Source: Mayamaea pseudoterrestris (lineage: Eukaryota). Taken from it: a stretch of DNA of 64,000 nucleotides. Positions 36,334 to 47,192 of the stretch are shown one piece after another. Positions within the stretch are counted from its first letter, which is position 1, and the number at the start of each line of letters is the position of its first letter. The notes under the pieces were generated by a model. That model was not told the DNA's origin, ran no database searches, and saw only the letters and a list, made by a program, of their open reading frames with translations. The position numbers were made by a program, and so were the translations under genes. The stretch lies in the NCBI GenBank assembly GCA_027923505.1, contig BROI01000002.1:1178001-1242000 (forward strand). Reading direction: 5' to 3'.

Positions 36334-38576
36334 ATGCTTCTTGCACAAGGATCAAGATTGTCTATGTCGCACGTTTGGCTGCTCAGCATCATGGCCAAGA
36401 CTGCCATGGCGTGGGAGACGAAAACATTGGCAAAGACGACAATGCGACGCGGATGGACGACCAAACTACCCATGCAGCAGCAGCCAGCCTTGCAATATTG
36501 CAGATTGACATCTACGTTGAAAATGTCCGACGTGGAAGACGATCCATGGTACACTGACTTTACGGTGGATCCAGCCACGACGCGTCGCCCGCGCGAGCAG
36601 CCGTCCTTTGGCGGCGGCGGCCGCTCCGACTACGGCAGCAACGATCGCCGGCCGCAGTATGGACAGGACCGGCGACCACCGCGAGACTCATATGGCTCGT
36701 CATCGTCAGCTCGCCCCGCCCGCGGCAATTCTCCGACGCGCTACACGCGCGACACGAGCCGCGACGACTCGCAGGTCGACGAATCTGCCGTCGAACGCTT
36801 GATTCAGGCCCGCATGGAGGCCCGCGGCCGCCGCGACTTTATTGCCGCCGATGCCATTCGCGACGAGTTACTCTCGAAACATTCCGTGGCGGTATCGGAT
36901 CGTGATGCGAGTTGGAGAACGGGAGCGTCGTCTTCGGGAAGTGGATTAAAGTATAATGGTGATCAGCGAGGAAGCAGTGATCGCTTTGGTGGCGGCGGCG
37001 ATCGCCGTGGACGAGACTTTAATGAAGGTCGGCCGCGTCGGCAGCGCGACTTTGGCGTCAATGGACATGACTATGAGCAGTCGGCGGATGCCGTCGGAGC
37101 GCCAAACCTTTCCGACTTGGAGGACTCTGAAATTCATGACTTACTGGCGCAGCGATTGAGGGCGAAAATGAGTCGCGATTTTAAAACGGCGGATCGTATC
37201 CAGTATGAGCTACTGGATGCTGGTGTATTTGTACATGACTCGCTCAAGGAGTGGAGAGCGGATGGTGTATCGTTTTCGGAAATGGGTGGCAGCGGTCCTC
37301 GACCCAGCGGACGAGCCGAACGACCTGAGCGGCGTCGCAAGAGCTTTTACGAGCAATCACCGTACTCGGCGCAGATTGATGAGGCCGATGTGGATCAGAT
37401 TGCTCGCATGGTGGCCAAGCGTATGCGATGCAAGGAGAAGCGACAGTATGATGAAGCTGATGCCATTTTGAAGGAACTGACGGATGATTACAACGTTCAG
37501 GTGGACGATCGTCTGCGTGAATGGAGCGTTGGCGGTGACTTTGGTACGTATTGAGTGTTTGAATAAGAGGTACGAGACGTTACTTTCATCTTTGCCTTGG
37601 CTAATACCATTGACCAACGACAGGTGAGGAAGCCAATCAGCAGCGAGAAATGTCGGAAGCGTACAAGTCACGAGGCTACACCAAGTCGGCAAGCTCCAAG
37701 TCACTATCGGATGCTAATGAGGAGATTGTTACGCAACTAGTCGAGGAACGTGTACAAGCCAAAAAGAACCGCAACTTTGACCTTGCCGATGACATTCGCG
37801 ACCGATTATTGGAGGAGTTTGGAGTCTACATTCAAGACAAGAGCAAGCTCTGGTCAGTTGGAGGTGACTTTACCAGTGAGGGTGGCGGCACCCGCAACGA
37901 CGCCATGTACACGCGCGTCGGAGGTGGAGGTGAGACTGTGACGGACGAAGACTTGGCGACGATTACCGAAATGGTCATTAGCCGATCCAAGGCGAGAAAG
38001 GACCGAAACTATGACGAGTCTGACGCAATTAGTGACATGTTGTATGAAAAGTACAAGGTCAAGACGGATGACAGCAATAAGCAGTGGTGGATTGAAACGG
38101 ATGGGTTTACGCAGGAACCTTTCTCTCCTCGTGCGCGAGTATTAAATGAGGAAGAAGTAGTTGCTGTGGAAAACTTGTTGCTGGAACGTTTGGACAAGAA
38201 GATGGATCGCGACTACGATGCGGCGGATGCAATTCGTGACGAGCTCCGAGACCTTTACAATGTGGAGGTGAATGACAGGACACGCTCCTGGAGGACAATG
38301 GAGGATTTTACGTCTGGTTCAAGATCTGCGAGACCGTCGCCAAGGCAAGCTCAAATTGTCGACGACGACGACGACGACGAATTCGACGACGTTGATGAGG
38401 ATGACGAGGAACATGTTATCACTGAAGCATCAACATTTTCTACATCAAACGAGTCAGAAATGAGCCGTGAGGAGCTCACTGCCCTGACCATTCCAGAGCT
38501 AAAGGAAAAGCTGCGAGTGGCTGGCAAACCAGTCAGTGGCAAAAAGGCAGAACTTGTCGACAGAATACTAGAGTAA
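36334..38576 (+). CDS. Protein with six CysRS anticodon-binding-domain-like repeats and a C-terminal SAP domain; intron 37544-37623
   Basis: GTACGT...ACAG intron joins the ORFs in frame. Six copies of R-x3-[RK]-x4-[FY]-x2-[AS]D-x-I-x3-L...D...W. SAP motif LTIPELKEKLRVAGKPVSGKKAELVDRI. Confidence 0.85.
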
Positions 38577-38805
38577 ACAACTAATATGTATCTAGCTAGC
38601 AATAATAAGCATGGCGGTAGATGTCTGCTCATATTGTACGGTGCTTTTGAAAGAGTCACTGCCAAGGCAGTCATCTGATAGCTAATTCAAGCGCATCGTA
38701 GTGGTTTTGCTTGATGACCGAGCGTGACATCCGATTTCGTTTCGTTCCATTTAAATTGATCGTGCCGACAAAGTGGCTGCCCTTGGCTCCAAGAAATCGA
38801 CAGGC

Positions 38806-40731
38806 ATGCTTCCATCTGGACGCCAACGAGGATTGCACCCATCTCCAAGCAGGTCAAACAGCTTTGATCGTGAGCCTCCGCATCAGCCAGCTGCTCGAGC
38901 GCCTTCGCCAACTTCATCGCCGTCATTTCGCCAGCCTGCTCGAACCTTTCGACTCCGATTGCTGATCGCATGCTTTTCACTCATTGTGTTTTTAACACTA
39001 TATCGATCAATGTGGCAGGCAGATCAAGCTATATCTCGTGTCAATATTCCGACGCATCAGTTGATTCTGGAGAATCGAAAGGGTAGAAAGTACGAAACTA
39101 AAGTTCGCATGGACAAGACCAGCGACTCAACTAGTAAAGTTACGGAGAATAAACATTCCAAGAATCAACAGAAAGCTGCAGAGATCCGAAATTCGACAAG
39201 TGGTTTAAACAAGATACAAGAACCAGCAATTAGAATTGTTCCGAGGACGAAAAAGTTGGCACCTTTAGCAACAAACAATACAAGGCAACAACAGCCTTTG
39301 CAGCAAGAAAAGGGCGACGAGCAGACCGACTCACATGTCAAGCAATCTACGTCCAATGAGCGTTTGAACGTCGTGCTCCTATATGCCGACGACTGGACCT
39401 ACCGAACGCTTGGCATGGTCAACAAGGTGGTACACACGCCTCATTTAAACGCCATGGCCAAGCGGGGCATGCTTTTTCGACGAAACTGCGTTACATCAAG
39501 CATCTGTTGGCAGTCAAGAGCAACCATGTTTACTGGAACCACGACATCAGTGCATCGCTCCTTAAAAATTATGGATGACTACATTTTTACAAATGACACT
39601 CAAGTGCCCTGGGAAGAAACACTTTATCCAGCAATGAAACGAGCCGGCTATCATCGCGGCTACATTGGCAAGTATCACAATGCCATGCCAACTGCCAAGC
39701 ACACGCCACTTTCCGACTGGACGAACCTTTACTTTTCACACCACTGGGAGCACCGCAAGGGAAAGTTGCGGCATGTGACGGACTTGAACGGCGAAGATGC
39801 CTTGCACTACTTGCGCCACGAACGACCTGCCAATCAAAGCTTCTTTTTGACCGTGGCCTTTTACGCGACGCATGCGCAGGAGGCCATGCCGTTTGAGCGG
39901 CAGTATGAGCATCAAAACTATACGAAACACTTGTACGAGCATACTACTATACCAACTCCGAAAACGGCAACGGCACAAGCGTGGAGAAACATGCCATACT
40001 TTTTCAAGGAGACGAATGAAGGTCGCAAGCGATGGGCCAAGCGCTACAAGACTCCGGAAATGTTTCAGCATTCCATGAAGACCATGTATCGCATGGCAAC
40101 CGAAGTGGACGATGTTGTTGGTCGCATCATGGATGAACTCAAGCGTCAAAACGTGTACAATGACACAATGGTTATATTTACCACGGATAATGGCGTTTTT
40201 CATGGAGAGCATGGACTGGCGGACAAGTGGTACCCGCACGAGGAAAGCATTCGGGTTCCACTCATTATTCAAGATCCTCGCATGCCGGAACACATGCACG
40301 GCCAAGTAAATGATGACTTTACCTTGAGCGTCGACTTGGCACCAACCATCCTGGCAGCTGCAGGGGTGAAGGCACCATCGTTTATGCAGGGACGCGACAT
40401 TGCCCAGCTTTACTTGGAGAATGCGACGGAAGCATCCAAAGCATGGCGGCAAGACTTTTTCTACGAGTGGAACCAAGGGTCTCCACACAATGCGTCGGGT
40501 CATGATGATCCCAGATACATTCCCGCAGTCTTTGCCTTGGTACAAAAGGATGCCAAGTACTTTTACTGGCCGCAGGTACAATACGAACAAATTTTTGATT
40601 TAACGAATGATCCGTTTGAAGAGAATGACATTTGGAACGTGGCCATGCAGACGAATCGCCCCATGTTGGAGGCGATGCGGGCTCGCTACTCGCAGCTCAA
40701 GGCTGCGTCGCAAAGTGGCCTGCCGGTGTGA
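38806..40731 (+). CDS. S1 sulfatase, type II membrane anchored, paralog 3
   Basis: LYADDW, TSSICWQSRATMFTG, GKYH, TTDNG and HGLADKW; TM segment LLIACFSLIVFLTLY. Confidence 0.93.
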   Translation: MLPSGRQRGLHPSPSRSNSFDREPPHQPAARAPSPTSSPSFRQPARTFRLRLLIACFSLIVFLTLYRSMWQADQAISRVNIPTHQLILENRKGRKYETKVRMDKTSDSTSKVTENKHSKNQQKAAEIRNSTSGLNKIQEPAIRIVPRTKKLAPLATNNTRQQQPLQQEKGDEQTDSHVKQSTSNERLNVVLLYADDWTYRTLGMVNKVVHTPHLNAMAKRGMLFRRNCVTSSICWQSRATMFTGTTTSVHRSLKIMDDYIFTNDTQVPWEETLYPAMKRAGYHRGYIGKYHNAMPTAKHTPLSDWTNLYFSHHWEHRKGKLRHVTDLNGEDALHYLRHERPANQSFFLTVAFYATHAQEAMPFERQYEHQNYTKHLYEHTTIPTPKTATAQAWRNMPYFFKETNEGRKRWAKRYKTPEMFQHSMKTMYRMATEVDDVVGRIMDELKRQNVYNDTMVIFTTDNGVFHGEHGLADKWYPHEESIRVPLIIQDPRMPEHMHGQVNDDFTLSVDLAPTILAAAGVKAPSFMQGRDIAQLYLENATEASKAWRQDFFYEWNQGSPHNASGHDDPRYIPAVFALVQKDAKYFYWPQVQYEQIFDLTNDPFEENDIWNVAMQTNRPMLEAMRARYSQLKAASQSGLPV

Positions 40732-41734
40732 GAGTTGTGGAAGGCATTCTATTCATCAGGAACGCACTCGATATATAAACGCAAGTACTCAGACGCAATT
40801 GTATGGGCAGAATTGTTCGACCACGATTGGTTTCGGCTTCTCGCGCACATTGAATTTTGACGATTTCGCTGGGTTAATTTACCTTTCGCTGGACGCGAGT
40901 TTTGATTTTAGCTTAAATTGAACGAGGCAATGATCGGCGAGCAGGACAGGAAAGCAATTGCAGTATTATCATACAGTACAAGCACGAGTGAGATAACTAA
41001 TATCAAAAAAGGACCGCCGCTAGATAAGATTGCGTAACTCGGTTTCGCAAGAGCCGCAGCGGTTGGATTTGGAACAGCAACGAGAGCAACCCGCGCTTCC
41101 GCGCTCCAATTTTCTTGTAGTTAAGGTATAGTTGTCCGAATAGAAGCATGGCAGCAGTAGTAGCTTCGATAACTGCGCGAAACACCGTATTGGCGCGGAT
41201 CTTTGGAGTCGCAGCGGTTGACTGAGTACCGCTACGTGATTCAAAAGCGAGAGTTCCACGGAGAAACTCTCAAACGTGCACAAGTCTCATTCGGATCGCG
41301 TTTGGCAAACGTTCATACAATCCGAACAAGTCTGAAACAACAACAGCAAGCGCAATCCTACCAGATACAATCATTCATATACAGTATATCTATCACATTT
41401 AACTACAATGTTACTCTTTGCAGTCTTTCGACTCGACGTTTGAAGAATGCAGCAAAACAAGCAGCAACAGGAGAATGAATCAACGGCTGCGACGAGTGAC
41501 GACGGAATCCATGAACAGGCTGCTCCAAGTTTGAGGTAAGAAACAAGAGCATATATTATGGTTCTTGTGAATGAATGAATCAAGGAGTGGCGGAGTTGTT
41601 TCAGTATTGGGAAGGCAAAGTAAAGCGCGCCTTTTTGATGACGTACTCGTCTGCCGATTCAACGAATTGACTCGCAGCAGCAGATTGATTTTCACTCACT
41701 CTCTTCATCCATATATTCAACATTTTGCAGTTCC

Positions 41735-43201
41735 ATGCAGTCTATTGCTGCTGAGTCTATGCCATCATTTCGCTCAGTGGCTCTGCTTTCGTCAGTGCCG
41801 CCACTGCAGCAGCACCTGCAGCGCTCGGAGAAGCAAGCAGCTGGCTCTACTGCTTCCTTGACGTTGAAGCGGCAAAGCTTTAGTACCACTAGAACAACAG
41901 CAGCGACATCAAGCACGACATTATCGAGTTTTGCTTCGTCATCTACATTTGGCTCGCAGCAAGTTTTAGACGTGCACACGTCGCAGCCGCTGCAGCCGCA
42001 GCAGCAAGAGTATTACGGATGGAAGCAACCCGTCTTGACCACCATGTGCTGCTACTCGTTCTTGGAACCGTATCATGTCCACATGCCAGTGTCGCTGCTG
42101 CATTCGTTACTGACATGGCTACCGCAAGTTTTTGCGCAACTTTCGCTTCACGTGACGGAGTTCTGCGAGTCTCCCGTTTGTGCGCGCATGAACTCATGGG
42201 AGCTAGTTGGCATGTGCGTTTCGCTGTTAAAAATTGGCAGCAGCGCAGACGAAGCGAATAATATCATGGTGCTGCAAGTCCAGCGTCGGTCGGGCTGCAG
42301 CATGGTCTTCGGAACCTATGCTCGCGCCATTATCAAGCAGGTTGAGGATTTTGTTGCTGGCACTGTGGCGGATCATGTGCAGGTTGGACGCACGCGCCCG
42401 GAAGCAGTGAGCAAGATGGATGCGCCAGTGTCGTTTGGCGGGCTACCGTTGCTGAATCATCATCATCATCATCATCATCAGGGTAATGGCTTGGCGGAAT
42501 CCGTCTTGGAGCGTTGCAGCGGCCAAGCGATGCAGCAGCAGCAGCAACATCATTTTCACAATGTTTTTGACACGAATGTTTTGATCGACACGGCAGCCAT
42601 GCTACAATGCTTTGCCACGCGTTACTTGGCATTGGAAGCGTTGACCATACTGACGGATCCAATGAAAACGACGAAAAGTGTTGTCCGGCAAGTTTCGCGC
42701 GTCTTGCTTTGTGGTGGTGAGAGTGACGCGGCAACTGACAACAACAAGACAAGCTTTTCAGACATGGTGCGAACAATTATTGGTTTGGCGATTACTGGTC
42801 AGTGGAACGACAAGGACGCCATGGAGGATGACTGCAGCTGCGACGATCGAGCGCGGTTTCTCGCACTCCAAGCATTGGTCAACGCCATGCATGTCGTGGA
42901 CTGCCAAGACGCCAAGGTGTTGTCACTATTTTGCCAAACTTGTCGGCACCATACTGGCTGTGACTGGACGCAATTCTTGTGCGAGAAATTGCACGCGGCG
43001 CAGCATGAACCTCACGCGGCGTTTCTAGCGGCCAAGGCATTGTGTCGGTTGCACAAGAAGGCGAAGAAACATGAGCCACTACCGTTGGACAATCATGCCA
43101 TGAACACGACAACGGAGGCGGCGAAGCAGGCGGTGCTTTGCCCGCACGTGGCGTTGCAAGTGGCTTGTCAGCAACTGCTTGGCTACTTGGAAAGTGGTTG
43201 A
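41735..43201 (+). CDS. Hypothetical protein with possible KA1-like domain and ARM-like C-terminus
   Basis: 488-codon ORF. VLQVQRRSGCSMVF resembles the end of a KA1 domain; helical C-terminal half; poly-His and poly-Gln runs. Confidence 0.7.
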   Translation: MQSIAAESMPSFRSVALLSSVPPLQQHLQRSEKQAAGSTASLTLKRQSFSTTRTTAATSSTTLSSFASSSTFGSQQVLDVHTSQPLQPQQQEYYGWKQPVLTTMCCYSFLEPYHVHMPVSLLHSLLTWLPQVFAQLSLHVTEFCESPVCARMNSWELVGMCVSLLKIGSSADEANNIMVLQVQRRSGCSMVFGTYARAIIKQVEDFVAGTVADHVQVGRTRPEAVSKMDAPVSFGGLPLLNHHHHHHHQGNGLAESVLERCSGQAMQQQQQHHFHNVFDTNVLIDTAAMLQCFATRYLALEALTILTDPMKTTKSVVRQVSRVLLCGGESDAATDNNKTSFSDMVRTIIGLAITGQWNDKDAMEDDCSCDDRARFLALQALVNAMHVVDCQDAKVLSLFCQTCRHHTGCDWTQFLCEKLHAAQHEPHAAFLAAKALCRLHKKAKKHEPLPLDNHAMNTTTEAAKQAVLCPHVALQVACQQLLGYLESG

Positions 43202-43371
43202 AAGTAGCAGGTGAAGCGAGTACCAGAATATATTATGTTAACACGTTTGGTAGTACGAATTTGCAATTATCGATAAACACTGGAATGTCATCAAGTAACT
43301 GTTAACTCTGGTCACTCGAGTAGATCCAGAGCAATTGCTTTGTAGCCTGTAAAGCTTATTCCACTAATGTG

Positions 43372-45066
43372 TCAACCCATGCTCGCAATGAACGAATCCA
43401 GTTCCTCCGAATGCCCACCCACCGCCGTTCCCATTGGCAAGTCGCGTGGCCGCACCACATCCAAAATCAACACGACACGCTCACAACTCGGCGAATAGTT
43501 GAACGCCCAGTGCACCTTGGAGTCGTCAAAGGCCACCAGCTCGGCGTGGCGCAACGTTTGCACGCACCCATCCACCCACAAGCCGCACACGTTTTTCGTG
43601 GCTGGTAGCAACAGCGGCAAGTGGACGCGAACCACATAGTTCGCCAAGTCCTGCCACCCCGTGTGCGCCTGCAGCAAGGCTTGCGGTGCCAGTCGTGACA
43701 GTAGGGCCGTGCGAACGTGTGCGCGCAACTGTTGGAGCAGCGCCGTTGTTTGTGGTAGCAAGCTCGTCGTGGATGGAATCCAAGCTAGTTTGGACTCGTC
43801 CGTGGCTGGAAAGCAGTGACAGAGAGGAAACACGGTCCATGGTGTGGCACTGTCGTTGTCATTGCTGTAGTGCGTCGTTTCTGGCCAGGCTGTCCAATGT
43901 TGCACCATGGAGGCTTCCTTTTGAATGATTGGCAAGTTGTCAATGAGCAGCTGCAGATAGGGAAACTCCTCGAGAGCATTAAGATAAGGTTGGCACGTGA
44001 GTCGGGTCAAAACAGGAGGTATACATGTTGATTCGTTCTTTGTAGCGTTTGCAGTGGCCTTTGGATTTGGCACTGTTTCCCAGAGTGTACCAGACGGAGC
44101 GACTTGCTTCGTTACTGGATGCAGGAGTGAATGCGTCTTGCGCGGCGGCAAGTGTCGATAGACAAGCAGCGTGCATGTTCCATCGTTAGCATCATTGTCA
44201 TTTAAACATTGTATCCCCTCTTGCTGATCTTGTTGTTGACGGTCCTCCCATGGCCGTCGAAGAAGGAGCGAGTTGCGACAGCGCAAAACGGAATGCAGGT
44301 ACCAGGACGGATTGGCGTCTCCGACGCGAAAATTGACTAGAATTTCCGGCGCTGCTTGATGTATGATCAAAACAATGGTGTTTGGAATAGACGCAGTTTC
44401 GTCATCATACCACGGCGATGCCGTGTGTCTTGTGCCAAGGAGCGATCGCAAGAATACCAAAACGTCGGCCGGTGTTTCTATAATCTGCTGCATGGGCGCC
44501 TCTGCGCTGCGCAAATCAATCCAGTCCATCAAGACTGCTGCGTTTGATGTTGCTGCTGACTCATGACTCAACGTAGATGATGAAGATGCGCCATGATGCT
44601 GCATGCGCCTCCACTCTCTGTGTTGCAACAATGGCGTGGCTTCCTCTCGCTGCTCCACGGCATTACTATAGTTTATGTCATGTTCCCATACCTGCAGACT
44701 CACTTGATCAACTCCTTCCTCGACTAGTCCAAACAAACTCGGTTTTGCTTTGGTGTATTTTGGACGGGCGCAATTCAGCAAACTTGCGTCAATGTTGACT
44801 GGATGATAGAATGCATCGTCGTCGTCAACAAACGCTTGCTCGATGAGTATCTCCAACGACGCGAGATGGATCACGGACGGTTCAACTAGGCTCAAGAGAG
44901 GAATTGTTGCGTCTAAACGATCATGATGAAACTGGAGCATCTTTCGCTGATTTCTCCTAGGAGAATCATTATGAATGCGGTTGCTCGACGACGAAATTCC
45001 TTCGACTGCTGCTGCTGCTGCTGATTCTGCCTTCGTTGCATTGTCACTTATATCTCGAGTCGTCAT
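43372..45066 (-). CDS. Aspartyl/asparaginyl beta-hydroxylase domain protein
   Basis: WTVFPL, LSRLAP...AHTGW, RVHLPL, FDDSKVHWAFN and RVVLILDV. Confidence 0.85.
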   Translation of the reverse strand: MTTRDISDNATKAESAAAAAVEGISSSSNRIHNDSPRRNQRKMLQFHHDRLDATIPLLSLVEPSVIHLASLEILIEQAFVDDDDAFYHPVNIDASLLNCARPKYTKAKPSLFGLVEEGVDQVSLQVWEHDINYSNAVEQREEATPLLQHREWRRMQHHGASSSSTLSHESAATSNAAVLMDWIDLRSAEAPMQQIIETPADVLVFLRSLLGTRHTASPWYDDETASIPNTIVLIIHQAAPEILVNFRVGDANPSWYLHSVLRCRNSLLLRRPWEDRQQQDQQEGIQCLNDNDANDGTCTLLVYRHLPPRKTHSLLHPVTKQVAPSGTLWETVPNPKATANATKNESTCIPPVLTRLTCQPYLNALEEFPYLQLLIDNLPIIQKEASMVQHWTAWPETTHYSNDNDSATPWTVFPLCHCFPATDESKLAWIPSTTSLLPQTTALLQQLRAHVRTALLSRLAPQALLQAHTGWQDLANYVVRVHLPLLLPATKNVCGLWVDGCVQTLRHAELVAFDDSKVHWAFNYSPSCERVVLILDVVRPRDLPMGTAVGGHSEELDSFIASMG

Positions 45067-45326
45067 GATCAAGTCTGCTTCTAAATTGTTACTTGAACGC
45101 TAGTCAGTGTTTGGCAATGCTGGTCCTGCGAATGCAGCAGTAAAAAGGAGTTGACGGCGAAACAAGGATGAACGACGGAGCAACCGTCCGCCTGAATGAT
45201 GTCGTAGCGGTTTTTGTAGGGGACGAGGGCGTTTTGTTAGCTCTGCCGACGCACAGAGGTATTATGATCACAGAAATGGCATCGCAGCCATGAACAGGTT
45301 GTATATTTTGCTTGAAAATATCTGCA

Positions 45327-47192
45327 TCATGACGATGCGGCAATCATTACATGGATATATAAAATTCGCGAAATCTCATGTATCTTAGTAAGCGCAGATT
45401 GAAACAATTCCAGCTCCCTTGGGTTCAGTTCTTGCTCAATGGTCCGCCGATGTTCCGCCAAGTCGCTCACCATGGGACCAACAATCTTAAGCACTTGACA
45501 GCGTTCATCTTCGTCTAACGTATACAGGCAGGCGAGCAAGTGTCGACACTCCAGCTTGTGGCCCATGCATTGCGCCAAGTCTTTCGCCACACTAGTCATT
45601 GATGCTGCTGCTCCATCATTGGCATTGGATGCTGTTGCCACTTGCACCAGCCGGCAGTAGTCGCGCGGCGAAAGGTTTCGCACCAGCATCTTCCACGAGT
45701 CGTCGTCACCGTCCAACAAGACACTCAAACTACCAGGCGACTCTCGAATCAACGTTTCCAATTGCTGCATATCAGGTTGAGGATAGTCCGAGTATGGCCT
45801 AGATGAAAATGCAACGTCAGAGTAAGCAGCATTGCTTGCGCTACTGAAATCCAGCGACTCGTCCGGCGCACTAGGCGTCACACCAAGGGCGTGCGCCGCT
45901 TGCAGTTCGTCATTGATCAAGAAGGCTTGCGCCATGGGAATGGCGATGGGGTCGTCCACGACTGGACCGCTCGTTATCGTGTCAACGACGTGGGCCTCGA
46001 GAATGTCAGGGTTTGTTGCAAAACTTGCTGATGTTGCAGCCGGTATGATTGGCGGCAGTTTTCTCATCATGATTAATTCCGACGCTGATTCCGGACTCGA
46101 CGTGGCCCAACCCTTCATGCAGGCCGTCACGACGAGCGTATGACGCACCGTCAAGAGGCGGCCGCTGTAGTAGTCGTGAGCGTCGGTGGGAATGACTAGT
46201 TGCGTCCGTAGTGGTGCGTTGGGTGCATGATGGTAATCGTTGTTGCTGTTGCTGTTAGTATGACTCGATCCAGACAACAAGCCATAACCTGACTTGGCCT
46301 GCCAATTTGCACAATAGTCGGTGGAGAGGCGCTGCTCGCACAAGGTTCGCGTGCATGCCATGGATCTCGAATCCGAAGCACGCGCGTTTTCTCCAGTTTG
46401 CTCCAGTTTCCACTGCACCGTTTCCATGCACTTGACGATAAAGTACTGCACACTCGTCCGACTCTGGTTGCTTCCAAATACTTCAACGTTAACAACATCA
46501 CCAGGACAAGATAAGTTGCCATCTGCTACTTGCCAACCCATGCAGAGCTTGCCCTTGCTCCAAAACCAGCAAGTGCTGATTGGATAGTCTTGCAGTTGCG
46601 CGTAAATGGGTCGATGCAGCTGCAGCGCCTCGTGTGACGATGGCGGCGTGGCAAAAACGACGAGCGTCACACTGGAACTTGGAAGTGTATTCGCTTCCTC
46701 GCGCTTGCCGGTATGTTTAGTAGTGGCAGCTCCCGCCAGGTAGGCCGTGAGCGTGTATCGAATCTCGCAAAAACTCGACGAATAGTCCTTGGATTGGCAA
46801 CGCATGCTCGATGGCAAGTGTTCGGGAAGCCGCCATCGAAAGACATACTCGTACTGGCCCACTTTGATTTCGGAAACCTTGACAATGGCGTGATCAATCT
46901 TGGCAATGGTGCTTGTTGCCGTGTGTACTGGTGTAGATGATGTTGTTGCAGAAGCTGATGATCGATGCGAAGACGACGACGACGTATTATGATGACTACT
47001 ACTACCACCTTTTCGGACGGCAGACTGCTCCCACCCCTGCAGCAGCAAGTGAATGCCTTCAACATGACTCAGGTGCGACTGTTTAGCGACGCTCAAGTAG
47101 ACGCGTCCCTCCAAGACTTGACCTGCTTCCGCTTCATTCTTGGAGTCCTGCAGCTGGAGGCCAATGCGAAAGGATGGCTGCTTGTTTCCCAT
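45327..47192 (-). CDS. Arrestin-fold (alpha-arrestin-like) protein
   Basis: AGQVLEGRVYL, GQYEYVFRWRLPEHLPSS, CEIRYTLTA, PGDVVNVEV and GRLLTVRHTLVV. Confidence 0.85.
   Translation of the reverse strand: MGNKQPSFRIGLQLQDSKNEAEAGQVLEGRVYLSVAKQSHLSHVEGIHLLLQGWEQSAVRKGGSSSHHNTSSSSSHRSSASATTSSTPVHTATSTIAKIDHAIVKVSEIKVGQYEYVFRWRLPEHLPSSMRCQSKDYSSSFCEIRYTLTAYLAGAATTKHTGKREEANTLPSSSVTLVVFATPPSSHEALQLHRPIYAQLQDYPISTCWFWSKGKLCMGWQVADGNLSCPGDVVNVEVFGSNQSRTSVQYFIVKCMETVQWKLEQTGENARASDSRSMACTRTLCEQRLSTDYCANWQAKSGYGLLSGSSHTNSNSNNDYHHAPNAPLRTQLVIPTDAHDYYSGRLLTVRHTLVVTACMKGWATSSPESASELIMMRKLPPIIPAATSASFATNPDILEAHVVDTITSGPVVDDPIAIPMAQAFLINDELQAAHALGVTPSAPDESLDFSSASNAAYSDVAFSSRPYSDYPQPDMQQLETLIRESPGSLSVLLDGDDDSWKMLVRNLSPRDYCRLVQVATASNANDGAAASMTSVAKDLAQCMGHKLECRHLLACLYTLDEDERCQVLKIVGPMVSDLAEHRRTIEQELNPRELELFQSALTKIHEISRILYIHVMIAASS

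Noticed and set aside
36334..38576. Annotation as cysteinyl-tRNA synthetase
   Set aside because: No catalytic domain or HIGH/KMSKS motifs; only the anticodon-domain-like module is present.
32071..40590. Long antisense ORFs over the sulfatases (256 and 284 aa), and similar ones over cimA, the kinase and gag
   Set aside because: Shadow ORFs of biased coding sequence with no recognisable motifs.
42457..42552. CAT and CAG triplet runs, with similar GAC/CAG runs elsewhere
   Set aside because: Ordinary in-frame poly-His, Gln or Asp tracts.
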